Positions 11,355 through 23,396 of a DNA stretch of 64,000 nucleotides are shown here, one piece after another; within the stretch, counting starts at the first letter, position 1; the number at the start of each line of letters is the position of its first letter. The stretch lies in assembly GCF_055900595.2 (NCBI RefSeq), contig NZ_CM148325.1, one strand, 5' to 3'. Below the pieces are notes generated by a model that searched no databases, was not told where the DNA came from, and saw nothing but the letters and a program-made list of their open reading frames with translations. The position numbers were made by a program, and so were the translations under genes.

Positions 11355-12353
11355 ATGATGCAGGATTTGCGTCTGATATTAATCATTGTTGGCGCGATCG
11401 CCATAATCGCTTTACTGGTACATGGTTTCTGGACCAGCCGTAAAGAACGATCTTCTATGTTCCGCGATCGGCCATTAAAACGAATGAAGTCAAAACGTGA
11501 CGACGATTCTTATGACGAGGATGTCGAAGATGATGAGGGCGTTGGTGAGGTTCGTGTTCACCGCGTGAATCATGCCCCGGCTAACGCCCAGGAGCATGAG
11601 GCTGCTCGTCCGTCGCCGCAACACCAGTACCAACCGCCTTATGCGTCTGCGCAGCCGCGTCAACCGGTCCAGCAGCCGCCTGAAGCGCAGGTACCGCCGC
11701 AACATGCTCCGCGTCCAACGCAGCCGGTGCAGCAACCCGTGCAGCAGCCTGCCTATCAGCCTCAGCCTGAACAGCCGTTGCAGCAGCCAGTTTCGCCACA
11801 GGTCGCGTCAGCGCCGCAGCCAGTGCATTCAGCACCGCAACCGGCACAACAGGCTTTCCAGCCTGCAGAACCTGTAGCGGCACCACAGCCTGAGCCTGTA
11901 GCGGAACCGGCTCCAGTTATGGATAAACCGAAGCGCAAAGAAGCGGTGATTATCATGAACGTCGCGGCGCATCATGGTAGCGAGTTAAACGGTGAACTGC
12001 TTCTTAACAGCATTCAACAAGCGGGCTTTATTTTTGGCGATATGAACATTTACCATCGTCATCTTAGCCCGGATGGCAGCGGCCCGGCGTTATTCAGCCT
12101 GGCGAATATGGTGAAACCGGGAACCTTCGATCCTGAAATGAAGGATTTCACTACTCCGGGTGTCACTATCTTTATGCAGGTACCGTCTTACGGTGACGAG
12201 CTGCAGAACTTTAAGCTGATGCTGCAATCTGCGCAGCATATTGCCGATGAAGTGGGCGGTGTAGTGCTTGACGATCAGCGCCGTATGATGACTCCGCAGA
12301 AATTGCGCGAGTACCAGGACATCATCCGCGAAGTCAAAGACGCCAACGCCTGA
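11355..12353 (+). CDS. zipA: Cell division protein ZipA (start trimmed to MMQDLRL; track ORF over-extended)
   Basis: N-terminal TM anchor, charged region, long P/Q-rich linker, C-terminal FtsZ-binding domain; recognised sequence. Confidence 0.93.
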
Positions 12354-12383
12354 TACACTTAAGGCAAATTAACTTATCTTCGA

Positions 12384-12406
12384 ACCCCCGCTTGTCGGGG
12401 GTTTTT
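12384..12406 (+). terminator. Candidate hairpin/terminator between zipA and ligA
   Basis: Stem acccccg/cggggg followed by TTTTT. Confidence 0.4.
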
Positions 12407-12414
12407 AGCATTGA

Positions 12415-14439
<2,025 letters not shown>

Positions 14440-14440
14440 G

Positions 14441-14659
14441 ATGGAAAAAGAGCAGCTGATTGAAATAGCCAATACGATAATGCCGTTTGGCAAATACAAA
14501 GGGCGTCGCTTAATCGACCTGCCGGAGGAGTATCTTCTGTGGTTTGCCCGCAAAGATGAGTTCCCGGCAGGGAAGCTCGGTGAGCTAATGCAAATCACGC
14601 TGCTGATTAAAACCGAGGGGCTGACGCAACTGGTCCAGCCCCTGAAACGCCCACTTTAA
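14441..14659 (+). CDS. ypeB: Small protein YpeB (DUF3820-like)
   Basis: 72-aa ORF MEKEQLIEIANTIMPFGKYKGRRLIDLPEEYLLWF..., starts 2 nt after ligA stop; track ORF 14348-14659 is over-extended. Confidence 0.8.
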   Translation: MEKEQLIEIANTIMPFGKYKGRRLIDLPEEYLLWFARKDEFPAGKLGELMQITLLIKTEGLTQLVQPLKRPL

Positions 14660-15654
14660 GCTTTATCGGCGCTGCTTTCCTGCTGCGCCTGTAACTGTTC
14701 GGTCTGGCGTTTGTATCGACGCGCCAGCACCGCACAGACCATCAATTGGATCTGATGGAAAATCATCAGAGGCAGCACCATCATACCGATCACCGATGTG
14801 GGGAACAGAATGTTTGCCATCGGGATGCCATTTGCCAGACTCTTTTTCGAACCACAAAAGACGATAGTAATTTCATCTGCCTTATTGAAGCCCAGTCGGC
14901 GTGCCATAAAGACGTTAACTACAATCACGATAGCCAGAAGAACGCAGCTGACCACCACGATAAACAGCAATGATCCCCAGCCAACTTTATGCCAGATGCC
15001 GTTAACGACGGCTTCGCTGAATGCCGTATAAACCACCAACAGAATGGACGTCTGGTCAGTTTTCGCAATCCATTTTTTATTACGCGACACCCAGTTGCCA
15101 ATCCAAGGGCGGGAAAGATGCCCCAACACAAATGGCAGCAACAGTTGCAGCATAATTTTACCGACCTGCTCAAGGCTGCCCCCTGCACCGTGAACATTCA
15201 TCACCAGACCAACCAGCAATGGTGAAAGGAAAATCCCCAGTAGGCTGGATGCCGACGCAGAACAAACCGCCGCCGCGACGTTACCGCCCGCCATTGACGT
15301 GAAGGCGATTGCAGACTGCACGGTAGCAGGAAGAATGCACAAGTAGAGAAAACCGGAATAGAGCATCGGGTCGACATTTACCGGTTTCCACCAGGCAAAC
15401 AGCACGCCCAAAATTGGGAACAGCACGAAGGTGCTACACATCACCCATAAATGCAGTCGCCAATGACCACCGCCTGCAATAATGGCCTCTCGCGATAACT
15501 TCGCACCGTGCATAAAGAACAGCAGGGCAATAGCTGCGGTAGTCAGATTTTCAAAGAAGGGAACGAAATCGCCCCTGGCCGGAAAGAAAGAGGCCAGCAA
15601 CACCACCGTGATCAGGGTTAAGGTGAAAGGATCGAGGATACGAAAAAGTTTCAT
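14656..15654 (-). CDS. yfeH: Putative Na+/bile-acid symporter family transporter YfeH
   Basis: 332-aa polytopic membrane protein; conserved position. Confidence 0.9.
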   Translation of the reverse strand: MKLFRILDPFTLTLITVVLLASFFPARGDFVPFFENLTTAAIALLFFMHGAKLSREAIIAGGGHWRLHLWVMCSTFVLFPILGVLFAWWKPVNVDPMLYSGFLYLCILPATVQSAIAFTSMAGGNVAAAVCSASASSLLGIFLSPLLVGLVMNVHGAGGSLEQVGKIMLQLLLPFVLGHLSRPWIGNWVSRNKKWIAKTDQTSILLVVYTAFSEAVVNGIWHKVGWGSLLFIVVVSCVLLAIVIVVNVFMARRLGFNKADEITIVFCGSKKSLANGIPMANILFPTSVIGMMVLPLMIFHQIQLMVCAVLARRYKRQTEQLQAQQESSADKA

Positions 15655-15743
15655 AAAGACTCCAGATGATCGATGGTTCTATTGTGCTTCTTCCAGTTTG
15701 AGAAATAAAATCGATTTATTGCATCCATTCATGAAGAAAACAG

Positions 15744-16670
15744 ATGAATTATTCTTTAAAGCAATTAAAGGTTTTCGTCACAGTAGCGCAGGAGAAAAGT
15801 TTTAGTCGTGCAGGAGAGCGTATCGGCCTGAGCCAGTCGGCAGTGAGTCACAGTGTGAAGGAGCTGGAAAATCATACTGGTGTTCGCCTGCTGGACAGAA
15901 CCACGCGTGAAGTGGTGCTTACAGATGCAGGGCAGCAGTTGGCTTTGCGTCTTGAGCGACTGCTGGATGAACTTAACAGCACGTTGCGCGATACCGGGCG
16001 TATGGGGCAACAACTGAGCGGAAAAGTTCGGGTCGCTGCCAGCCAGACCATTTCCGCGCATCTTATTCCGCAATGCATTGCTGAAAGCCATCGCCGCTAT
16101 CCAGATATTCAGTTTGTCCTGCACGATCGTCCGCAGCAGTGGGTGATGGAAAGTATTCGCCAGGGAGATGTCGATTTTGGCATCGTCATCGATCCAGGCC
16201 CAGTGGGCGATCTGCAATGTGAAGCGATTCTTTCCGAGCCTTTCTTTCTGCTTTGCCATCGCGATAGCGCTTTGGCCGTGGAAGATTATGTACCCTGGCA
16301 GGCATTACAGGGAGCGAAATTGGTGTTGCAGGATTACGCGTCAGGCAGCCGACCGCTGATTGACGCAGCGCTGACGCGCAATGGTATTCAGGCGAATATT
16401 GTGCAGGAGATTGGTCATCCGGCGACGCTGTTCCCGATGGTAGCCGCAGGCATCGGCATCAGTATTCTTCCCGCACTGGCGCTACCATTGCCTGAAGGTA
16501 GCCCACTGGTGGTAAAGCGCATTACGCCGGTGGTTGAACGCCAGTTGATGCTGGTGCGCAGGAAGAACCGTTCACTTTCCACCGCCGCTGAAGCGTTATG
16601 GGACGTAGTACGAGACCAGGGCAATGCGCTAATGGCTGGGCGGGAAGGGGATCCGTTGTATCAGATATAG
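15744..16670 (+). CDS. yfeR: LysR-family transcriptional regulator YfeR
   Basis: 308 aa with N-terminal HTH ([35 protein letters not shown]) and LysR substrate-binding domain; divergent from yfeH. Confidence 0.9.
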   Translation: MNYSLKQLKVFVTVAQEKSFSRAGERIGLSQSAVSHSVKELENHTGVRLLDRTTREVVLTDAGQQLALRLERLLDELNSTLRDTGRMGQQLSGKVRVAASQTISAHLIPQCIAESHRRYPDIQFVLHDRPQQWVMESIRQGDVDFGIVIDPGPVGDLQCEAILSEPFFLLCHRDSALAVEDYVPWQALQGAKLVLQDYASGSRPLIDAALTRNGIQANIVQEIGHPATLFPMVAAGIGISILPALALPLPEGSPLVVKRITPVVERQLMLVRRKNRSLSTAAEALWDVVRDQGNALMAGREGDPLYQI

Positions 16671-16708
16671 AGTGAATTCATACTGCCGGGAGCTCCGGCA
16701 GTAATCAA

Positions 16709-17473
16709 TCAGAAATTAAATTTGATGGAGTAGATTATCGCATCCTGGTAAAAATCTTCGCCCAGTTTGTCATCCGCATAACGATACTGAATCCCTGTGG
16801 TGATGTGTGAAGTTGCATTCCACCAAAGTGCGACGGCACCGTTCAGACCTTCTTTGCCGCCATTACCTGCCGCGTAGGTGGCATCACGATCAAACTCGTA
16901 CTCGTTCCAGTTGGTGAGGGTGAATTTCTCACTGCCCAGCATAAAGCTGTAACCTGCAACCCAACCGGCGACATAACCGTTATCGCCGGTATAATAGGTT
17001 TGGTCTGTATAGCGTTTTGCAAAGAACGGTTTGAACCACCAACCGCTGCCGGTGAAATTGTAGCCGATCCCGTAAAGGAACATATCGTCATGGAAATTCA
17101 CACGATTCGCAGAACCGTAGGTGCCATACGCATGCAAGTAGAGATTAAATCCGGTGTCACCCAGGTAAATACGGTTGGTATTTTTAAATGTATAACGCTG
17201 CTCGCTACCCTGTTTATCATGACGATCATTATAAAAGTTTTCCCAGTCGAAGAACCCGTACATTTCTCCCCAACTAAAGTTAGCGCCGCCTTCCAGTTCC
17301 AGATATCCAAAATCATCTTTGTGTGATTTGGTCGACGATTTCTCAGTGGTTCTGCTAGTCCAGTCAAGATAATGAATACCTATATCAGCAAAACCGCCTT
17401 TAAATTCTGCATGGGATACTGCTGGTATCGCCAATACAAAAGAGAGTGTCAGAGTAAAAAGATGTTTTTTCAT
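16709..17473 (-). CDS. yfeN: Tsx-family outer membrane channel homolog YfeN
   Basis: 254 aa, signal peptide, aromatic-rich beta-barrel pattern ending in terminal F. Confidence 0.85.
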   Translation of the reverse strand: MKKHLFTLTLSFVLAIPAVSHAEFKGGFADIGIHYLDWTSRTTEKSSTKSHKDDFGYLELEGGANFSWGEMYGFFDWENFYNDRHDKQGSEQRYTFKNTNRIYLGDTGFNLYLHAYGTYGSANRVNFHDDMFLYGIGYNFTGSGWWFKPFFAKRYTDQTYYTGDNGYVAGWVAGYSFMLGSEKFTLTNWNEYEFDRDATYAAGNGGKEGLNGAVALWWNATSHITTGIQYRYADDKLGEDFYQDAIIYSIKFNF

Positions 17474-17721
17474 AGCATAATTCCCTATGCCGATCGTTAT
17501 TAGTTGATTGCTTAATAAAAAGGTTGATTAAAAGCGGCATATTGTTAATGCAAGGGAAAGGAGAGTACCAATACAGTTTTTTCAGCCTATTAATAGTGAA
17601 AAAATATAAATATATCGATATCGAATAACTATCGGATACATGAAAAAAGTGTATTGGTATGAGGTAGGGCAATCTCGTTATAAAAAGGCGTTAGATTCCA
17701 CCCTACAAAAAAAGGATATAT

Positions 17722-18555
17722 ATGTATCAGGCTCAGTTTTCTCATAACCCACTGTATTGCGTAGATATTATCAAGACTTATAAACCTGATTTCACGCCAC
17801 GAGTGGCCTTTATTTTAGGTTCCGGGCTGGGCGCGCTGGCCGATCAGATTGAGAACGCGGTCGCAATTTCCTACGAAAAGCTGCCTGGGTTCCCGGTAAG
17901 TACCGTACACGGTCATGCGGGTGAGCTGGTGCTGGGTTATCTCCAGGGGGTGCCAGTGGCGTGCATGAAAGGTCGCGGACATTTCTACGAAGGTCGTGGG
18001 ATGACCATCATGACGGATGCAATCCGTACCTTTAAGTTGCTGGGCTGCGAGTTGCTGTTCTGCACCAATGCGGCTGGCTCACTGCATCCTGAAGTGGGGG
18101 CCGGCAGTCTGGTCGCATTGAAAGATCACATCAACACCATGCCGGGAACGCCGATGGTGGGTCTTAATGATGAACGTTTTGGTGAGCGCTTCTTCTCGCT
18201 GGCGAATGCCTACGATGCGGAATACCGCGCACTGTTACAAAAAGTGGCGAAAGAAGAGGGGTTCCCTCTGACGGAGGGCGTGTTCGTCTCGTATCCGGGG
18301 CCGAATTTCGAGACTGCGGCGGAAATTCGCATGATGCAAATTATTGGTGGGGATGTTGTTGGTATGTCTGTGGTGCCTGAGGTTATTTCAGCTCGCCATT
18401 GCGAACTTAAAGTCGTTGCGGTCTCTGCGATTACCAACATGGCGGAAGGTCTGAGTGACGTGAAGCTTTCTCATGCCCAAACGCTGGCAGCAGCGGAACT
18501 CTCAAAGCAAAACTTTATTAATCTTATTTGCGGCTTTCTGCGCAAAATTGCCTGA
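17722..18555 (+). CDS. xapA: Xanthosine phosphorylase (purine nucleoside phosphorylase II)
   Basis: 277 aa PNP-family sequence; followed by xapB. Confidence 0.95.
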   Translation: MYQAQFSHNPLYCVDIIKTYKPDFTPRVAFILGSGLGALADQIENAVAISYEKLPGFPVSTVHGHAGELVLGYLQGVPVACMKGRGHFYEGRGMTIMTDAIRTFKLLGCELLFCTNAAGSLHPEVGAGSLVALKDHINTMPGTPMVGLNDERFGERFFSLANAYDAEYRALLQKVAKEEGFPLTEGVFVSYPGPNFETAAEIRMMQIIGGDVVGMSVVPEVISARHCELKVVAVSAITNMAEGLSDVKLSHAQTLAAAELSKQNFINLICGFLRKIA

Positions 18556-18615
18556 GTAAAACAACAATAAACGGCCTCACTGAGTGAGGCCATATGATGC
18601 GACAAGGAAACGATT

Positions 18616-19872
18616 ATGAGCATCGCTTTGCGCTTAAAGGTAATGTCCTTTTTGCAATATTTTATCTGGGGGAGCTGGCTGGTTACCCTCGGTTCTTACA
18701 TGATTAATACCCTTCATTTCACCGGCGCTAATGTTGGCATGGTTTACAGTTCCAAAGGGATCGCCGCGATTATTATGCCTGGTATAATGGGGATCATCGC
18801 AGACAAATGGCTGCGTGCAGAACGTGCATACATGCTGTGTCACCTGGTGTGTGCGGGCGTACTTTTTTATGCGGCATCCGTAACTGATCCGGATATGATG
18901 TTTTGGGTGATGTTAGTCAATGCGATGGCGTTTATGCCGACTATTGCGTTATCGAACAGCGTCTCTTATTCCTGTCTTGCCCAGGCAGGGCTTGACCCGG
19001 TGACCGCTTTCCCGCCCATTCGCGTTTTTGGTACGGTGGGGTTCATTGTCGCCATGTGGGCAGTAAGCCTGCTGCATCTGGAATTGAGTAGTCTGCAACT
19101 GTATATCGCGTCCGGTGCGTCATTGCTGCTGTCGGCTTATGCGCTGACTTTGCCGAAGATTCCGGTTGCGGAGAAAAAAGCGACTACATCGCTTGCCAGC
19201 AAGCTGGGTCTGGATGCCTTCGTGCTGTTTAAAAATCCACGCATGGCTATCTTTTTCCTCTTCGCCATGATGCTGGGTGCGGTGCTGCAAATTACCAACG
19301 TTTTTGGCAACCCGTTCCTGCATGATTTCGCCCGTAATCCTGAGTTTGCTGATAGCTTCGTGGTGAAATATCCGTCCATTTTACTGTCAGTTTCACAGAT
19401 GGCTGAAGTCGGTTTCATTCTGACGATACCGTTCTTTTTGAAGCGTTTCGGTATTAAAACCGTCATGCTGATGAGTATGGTGGCGTGGACGCTGCGCTTT
19501 GGCTTCTTTGCCTATGGCGATCCATCACCAACCGGGTTTATTTTGCTGTTGCTGTCGATGATTGTTTACGGTTGTGCATTCGATTTCTTCAATATTTCTG
19601 GTTCGGTCTTTGTCGAACAGGAAGTTGATTCCAGCATTCGTGCCAGCGCCCAGGGCCTTTTTATGACGATGGTAAATGGCGTCGGCGCATGGGTTGGCTC
19701 GATTCTGAGCGGTATGGCAGTGGATTACTTCTCGGTGGATGGCGTAAAAGATTGGCATACCATTTGGCTGATGTTTGCAGGGTATGCTCTTTTCCTCGCA
19801 GTGATATTTTTCTTTGGGTTTAAATATAACCATGACCCTGAAAAGATAACGCATCGTTCAGTTACACATTAA
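18616..19872 (+). CDS. xapB: Xanthosine permease (nucleoside:H+ symporter family)
   Basis: 418 aa, 12-TM MFS-like profile. Confidence 0.93.
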   Translation: MSIALRLKVMSFLQYFIWGSWLVTLGSYMINTLHFTGANVGMVYSSKGIAAIIMPGIMGIIADKWLRAERAYMLCHLVCAGVLFYAASVTDPDMMFWVMLVNAMAFMPTIALSNSVSYSCLAQAGLDPVTAFPPIRVFGTVGFIVAMWAVSLLHLELSSLQLYIASGASLLLSAYALTLPKIPVAEKKATTSLASKLGLDAFVLFKNPRMAIFFLFAMMLGAVLQITNVFGNPFLHDFARNPEFADSFVVKYPSILLSVSQMAEVGFILTIPFFLKRFGIKTVMLMSMVAWTLRFGFFAYGDPSPTGFILLLLSMIVYGCAFDFFNISGSVFVEQEVDSSIRASAQGLFMTMVNGVGAWVGSILSGMAVDYFSVDGVKDWHTIWLMFAGYALFLAVIFFFGFKYNHDPEKITHRSVTH

Positions 19873-20123
19873 AAGGATTCGCAGCTCTGTTCCTTGGGGC
19901 TGCTTTTATGATAAAGGTTAATTAGTGAAAGATATTTTATTTTCTTCTGGCGTTGGTTTTGGCATTGGTGCTTTGTTTACAATCGTGCGATTACCTATTC
20001 CTGTTCCAAATGTATTGCCGGGTATATTATCCATCGTGTTTATGTATGTCGGATATCTGGTGGTGAAATACTTTATGCCATGATAATTTAATATGATGTA
20101 TTTTTTATATGGAGCACTTAATT

Positions 20124-21008
20124 ATGGAACGCGTATATAGAACAGATCTTAAGTTGCTCCGTTATTTTCTTGCCGTAGCGGAAGAGTTGCATTTTGGTCG
20201 CGCAGCAGCGCGTTTAAATATGTCTCAGCCTCCGCTCAGTATTCATATTAAAGAGCTGGAAAATCAACTCGGCACGCAGCTTTTTATTCGCCATTCGCGC
20301 AGCGTCGTACTGACACACGCGGGCAAAATCTTGATGGAAGAATCGCGTCGATTGCTGGTGAATGCAAATAATATATTGGCTCGGGTTGAACAAATAGGTC
20401 GGGGAGAAGCAGGGCGGATTGAACTCGGGGTTGTGGGAACGGCAATGTGGGGACGGATGCGCCCGGTTATGCGGCGATTCCTTAGAGAAAATCCTAACGT
20501 TGAAGTTCTGTTTCGCGAAAAGATGCCCGCGATGCAAATGGCCTTGCTGGAACGCCGCGAACTTGATGCCGGGATCTGGCGAATGGCGACAGAACCACCG
20601 ACTGGTTTTACCAGCTTACGGTTGCATGAATCGGCGTTTCTGGTGGCGATGCCTGAAGAGCATCATCTCTCATCATTTTCCACCGTCCCGCTGGAAGCGC
20701 TACGTGACGAGTATTTCGTTACAATGCCGCCCGTGTACACTGACTGGGATTTTTTGCAGCGAGTTTGCCAGCAGGTGGGATTTTCACCGGTTGTTATTCG
20801 CGAAGTTAATGAACCGCAAACGGTACTCGCCATGGTCAGTATGGGTATTGGTATCACATTGATAGCGGACAGCTACGCGCAGATGAACTGGCCCGGTGTC
20901 ATATTCCGTCCGCTCAAAGAACGCATCCCGGCAGACTTATATATTGTTTATGAAACGCAGCAGGTGACGCCCGCGCTGGTTAAACTGCTGGCGGCGTTGG
21001 CGCAGTAG
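20124..21008 (+). CDS. xapR: LysR-family activator XapR (start trimmed to MERVYR)
   Basis: LysR HTH (LKLLRYFLAVAEELHFGRAAARLNMSQPPLSIHIKELE); 294 aa from trimmed start. Confidence 0.9.
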   Translation: MERVYRTDLKLLRYFLAVAEELHFGRAAARLNMSQPPLSIHIKELENQLGTQLFIRHSRSVVLTHAGKILMEESRRLLVNANNILARVEQIGRGEAGRIELGVVGTAMWGRMRPVMRRFLRENPNVEVLFREKMPAMQMALLERRELDAGIWRMATEPPTGFTSLRLHESAFLVAMPEEHHLSSFSTVPLEALRDEYFVTMPPVYTDWDFLQRVCQQVGFSPVVIREVNEPQTVLAMVSMGIGITLIADSYAQMNWPGVIFRPLKERIPADLYIVYETQQVTPALVKLLAALAQ

Positions 21009-21078
21009 ATGAGAGGCACGGGAACTGCCGGACATAGTTGGTCTGATAAGCGAAGCGCATCAGGCAATTTCGCAAATT

Positions 21079-21291
21079 GCAGATAGCAAAAAAGCGCCTT
21101 TAGGGCGCTTTTTTACATTGGTGGGTCGTGCAGGATGACTCGCTTCGCTCGCCCTTCGGGCCGTCGCCGCGAGCGGCTCCGTTGTTTCGCTGCGCTCAAC
21201 TCGAACCTGCTGCAGGTTCGAATCTTTGAGTATCGCAGATAGCAAAAAAGCGCCTTTAGGGCGCTTTTTTACATTGGTGGGTCGTGCAGGA
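21079..21291. repeat. 57-bp direct repeat (two copies, 21079-21135 and 21235-21291) comprising the lysV terminator plus the 3'-terminal 17 nt of tRNA-Lys
   Basis: gcagatagcaaaaaagcgcctttagggcgcttttttacattggtgggtcgtgcagga occurs twice 156 bp apart; second copy continues into intact lysV. Confidence 0.7.
21243..21269 (-). terminator. Rho-independent terminator of the valU-valX-valY-lysV tRNA operon
   Basis: On minus strand: stem agcgcc/ggcgct followed by TTTTTT, immediately 3' of lysV CCA end. Confidence 0.55.
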
Positions 21292-21349
21292 TTCGAACCT
21301 GCGACCAATTGATTAAAAGTCAACTGCTCTACCAACTGAGCTAACGACC
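21274..21349 (-). tRNA. lysV: tRNA-Lys (anticodon UUU)
   Basis: Reverse complement reads GGGTCGTTAGCTCAGTTGGTAGAGCAGTTGACTTTTAATCAATTGGTCGCAGGTTCGAATCCTGCACGACCCACCA. Confidence 0.95.
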
Positions 21350-21353
21350 CGAA

Positions 21354-21429
21354 GTGGTGGGTGATGACGGGATCGAACCGCCGACCCCCTCCTTGTAAGG
21401 GAGGTGCTCTCCCAGCTGAGCTAATCACC
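21354..21429 (-). tRNA. valY: tRNA-Val (anticodon UAC)
   Basis: Reverse complement reads GGGTGATTAGCTCAGCTGGGAGAGCACCTCCCTTACAAGGAGGGGGTCGGCGGTTCGATCCCGTCATCACCCACCA. Confidence 0.95.
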
Positions 21430-21475
21430 CACTTCGGTACTTCACATTTTTACAAGAAATCTAGCTGGCGAGAAA

Positions 21476-21551
21476 GTGGTGGGTGATGACGGGATCGAAC
21501 CGCCGACCCCCTCCTTGTAAGGGAGGTGCTCTCCCAGCTGAGCTAATCACC
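21476..21551 (-). tRNA. valX: tRNA-Val (anticodon UAC)
   Basis: Identical 76-nt copy of the tRNA-Val sequence. Confidence 0.95.
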
Positions 21552-21596
21552 CACTTCTCAATTTCTTGCTACACGGCGGAGACTACATAAAGTAGT

Positions 21597-21672
21597 TGGT
21601 GGGTGATGACGGGATCGAACCGCCGACCCCCTCCTTGTAAGGGAGGTGCTCTCCCAGCTGAGCTAATCACCC
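21597..21672 (-). tRNA. valU: tRNA-Val (anticodon UAC)
   Basis: Identical 76-nt copy; promoter-proximal gene of the operon. Confidence 0.95.
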
Positions 21673-21689
21673 CCGCTGTGTGGAGTCGC

Positions 21690-21717
21690 ATTATAGGGAG
21701 AGTTCAAAATGAGTCAA
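21690..21717 (-). promoter_or_regulatory. Near-consensus sigma70 promoter of the valU tRNA operon
   Basis: Minus strand reads TTGACT-16 nt-TATAAT with about 8 nt to the valU 5' end and an AT-rich upstream region. Confidence 0.55.
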
Positions 21718-21930
21718 CGCATTTTCTAAAGAAATTGTTCGTTCGTCGTAAATTTAAGCAAGATGATCGCAAAACAGACCGTGTTGCGCAATTTGTCAAC
21801 GAAAACAATAATGCGTAAGGTTGCAACCCGAACTACATTGAGGAATCAGGCGGGAGTGATAGAATATCGCCCACTCAATTTTTCCAGGATTTGCCGGTTG
21901 TCGGCATCTTTCTAAACGTAAGGCCATTTC

Positions 21931-23346
21931 ATGAAAATCAAAACTCGCTTCGCGCCAAGCCCAACAGGCTATCTGCACGTTGGCGGCGCGCGTACTGCTC
22001 TTTACTCCTGGCTTTTTGCACGTAACCACGGCGGTGAGTTCGTGCTGCGTATTGAAGACACCGATCTTGAGCGTTCCACGCCGGAAGCTATCGAAGCCAT
22101 TATGGATGGTATGAACTGGCTGAGCCTGGAGTGGGATGAAGGTCCGTACTTCCAGACCAAACGTTTTGATCGCTACAACGCGGTGATCGATCAGATGCTG
22201 GAAGAGGGCACTGCCTATAAATGCTACTGCTCCAAAGAGCGTCTGGAAGCGCTGCGTGAAGAGCAAATGGCAAAAGGTGAGAAACCACGTTATGACGGTC
22301 GCTGCCGCCACAGTCATGAGCATCACGCTGATGATGAGCCGTGTGTCGTACGTTTTGCTAACCCGCAGGAAGGTTCTGTTGTTTTTGACGATCAGATCCG
22401 TGGTCCGATCGAGTTCAGCAACCAGGAGCTGGATGATCTGATTATCCGCCGTACCGATGGTTCCCCAACCTATAACTTCTGTGTGGTTGTCGATGACTGG
22501 GATATGGAAATCACCCACGTTATACGTGGCGAAGACCATATCAACAACACACCGCGCCAGATTAACATTCTGAAAGCGCTGAAAGCACCGGTACCGGTTT
22601 ACGCGCACGTTTCTATGATCAACGGCGATGACGGTAAAAAACTGTCCAAACGACACGGGGCGGTCAGCGTCATGCAGTATCGTGACGACGGTTATCTGCC
22701 AGAAGCATTGCTGAACTATCTGGTGCGTCTGGGCTGGTCCCACGGCGATCAGGAAATCTTCACTCGTGAAGAGATGATCAAATACTTCACTCTGAATGCC
22801 GTCAGCAAATCTGCCAGTGCGTTCAACACCGACAAGCTGCTGTGGCTGAACCATCACTACATTAACGCGTTGCCGCCGGAGTATGTTGCTACTCATTTAC
22901 AGTGGCACATTGAGCAGGAAAATATCGATACCCGTAACGGCCCGCAGCTGGCTGATCTGGTGAAACTGCTGGGCGAACGCTGCAAGACGCTGAAAGAGAT
23001 GGCACAGAGCTGCCGTTATTTCTACGAAGATTTTGCTGAGTTCGATGCTGACGCCGCGAAAAAACATCTGCGTCCGGTTGCGCGTCAGCCGCTGGAAGTG
23101 GTTCGTGACAAACTGACTGCGATTACTGACTGGACCGCTGAAAACGTTCATCACGCTATTCAGGCGACGGCGGATGAGCTGGAAGTGGGTATGGGTAAAG
23201 TTGGTATGCCGCTGCGTGTCGCCGTAACCGGTGCGGGGCAGTCTCCGGCGCTGGATGTTACCGTTCACGCAATCGGTAAGACCCGCAGTATCGAGCGTAT
23301 CAACAAAGCGCTGGCTTTTATTGCTGAACGCGAAAATCAGCAGTAA
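21931..23346 (+). CDS. gltX: Glutamyl-tRNA synthetase
   Basis: 471 aa; class I HIGH motif ([15 protein letters not shown]) and KMSKS-like KLSKR; divergent from tRNA operon. Confidence 0.97.
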   Translation: MKIKTRFAPSPTGYLHVGGARTALYSWLFARNHGGEFVLRIEDTDLERSTPEAIEAIMDGMNWLSLEWDEGPYFQTKRFDRYNAVIDQMLEEGTAYKCYCSKERLEALREEQMAKGEKPRYDGRCRHSHEHHADDEPCVVRFANPQEGSVVFDDQIRGPIEFSNQELDDLIIRRTDGSPTYNFCVVVDDWDMEITHVIRGEDHINNTPRQINILKALKAPVPVYAHVSMINGDDGKKLSKRHGAVSVMQYRDDGYLPEALLNYLVRLGWSHGDQEIFTREEMIKYFTLNAVSKSASAFNTDKLLWLNHHYINALPPEYVATHLQWHIEQENIDTRNGPQLADLVKLLGERCKTLKEMAQSCRYFYEDFAEFDADAAKKHLRPVARQPLEVVRDKLTAITDWTAENVHHAIQATADELEVGMGKVGMPLRVAVTGAGQSPALDVTVHAIGKTRSIERINKALAFIAERENQQ

Positions 23347-23365
23347 TTAGCGCATAAAAGATAAA

Positions 23366-23394
23366 CGGCAGGAGAGATCCCCCTGCCGTTTTTT
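23366..23394. terminator. Bidirectional terminator between convergent gltX and yfeD
   Basis: Stem cggcagg/cctgccg followed by T6 on plus strand and a T-rich run on minus strand. Confidence 0.5.
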
Positions 23395-23396
23395 AT

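Noticed and set aside
11490-11956. Four overlapping 64-101-aa ORFs on both strands
   Set aside because: All fall within the low-complexity Pro/Gln-rich linker of zipA; the repetitive GC-rich codons keep every frame open.
21000-21300. Possible integrated mobile element at the lysV 3' end (tRNA-targeted island)
   Set aside because: The duplicated tRNA 3' end suggested an att site, but the intervening DNA is only about 100 bp with no integrase, excisionase or cargo; xapR follows immediately. Kept only as a structural finding.
21060-21428. 122-aa minus-strand ORF
   Set aside because: Its sequence is the translation of the tRNA-Lys and tRNA-Val genes plus the duplicated terminator; these are RNA genes.
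21354-21672. Three near-identical 76-bp repeats with unique spacers, superficially CRISPR-like
   Set aside because: The repeats are complete tRNA-Val genes with cloverleaf and CCA ends; no cas genes and the spacing is irregular.
21796-22896. 366-aa minus-strand ORF
   Set aside because: Lies entirely antisense to gltX, whose product has clear class-I aminoacyl-tRNA synthetase motifs; the antisense frame has no recognisable domain and is a typical shadow ORF.
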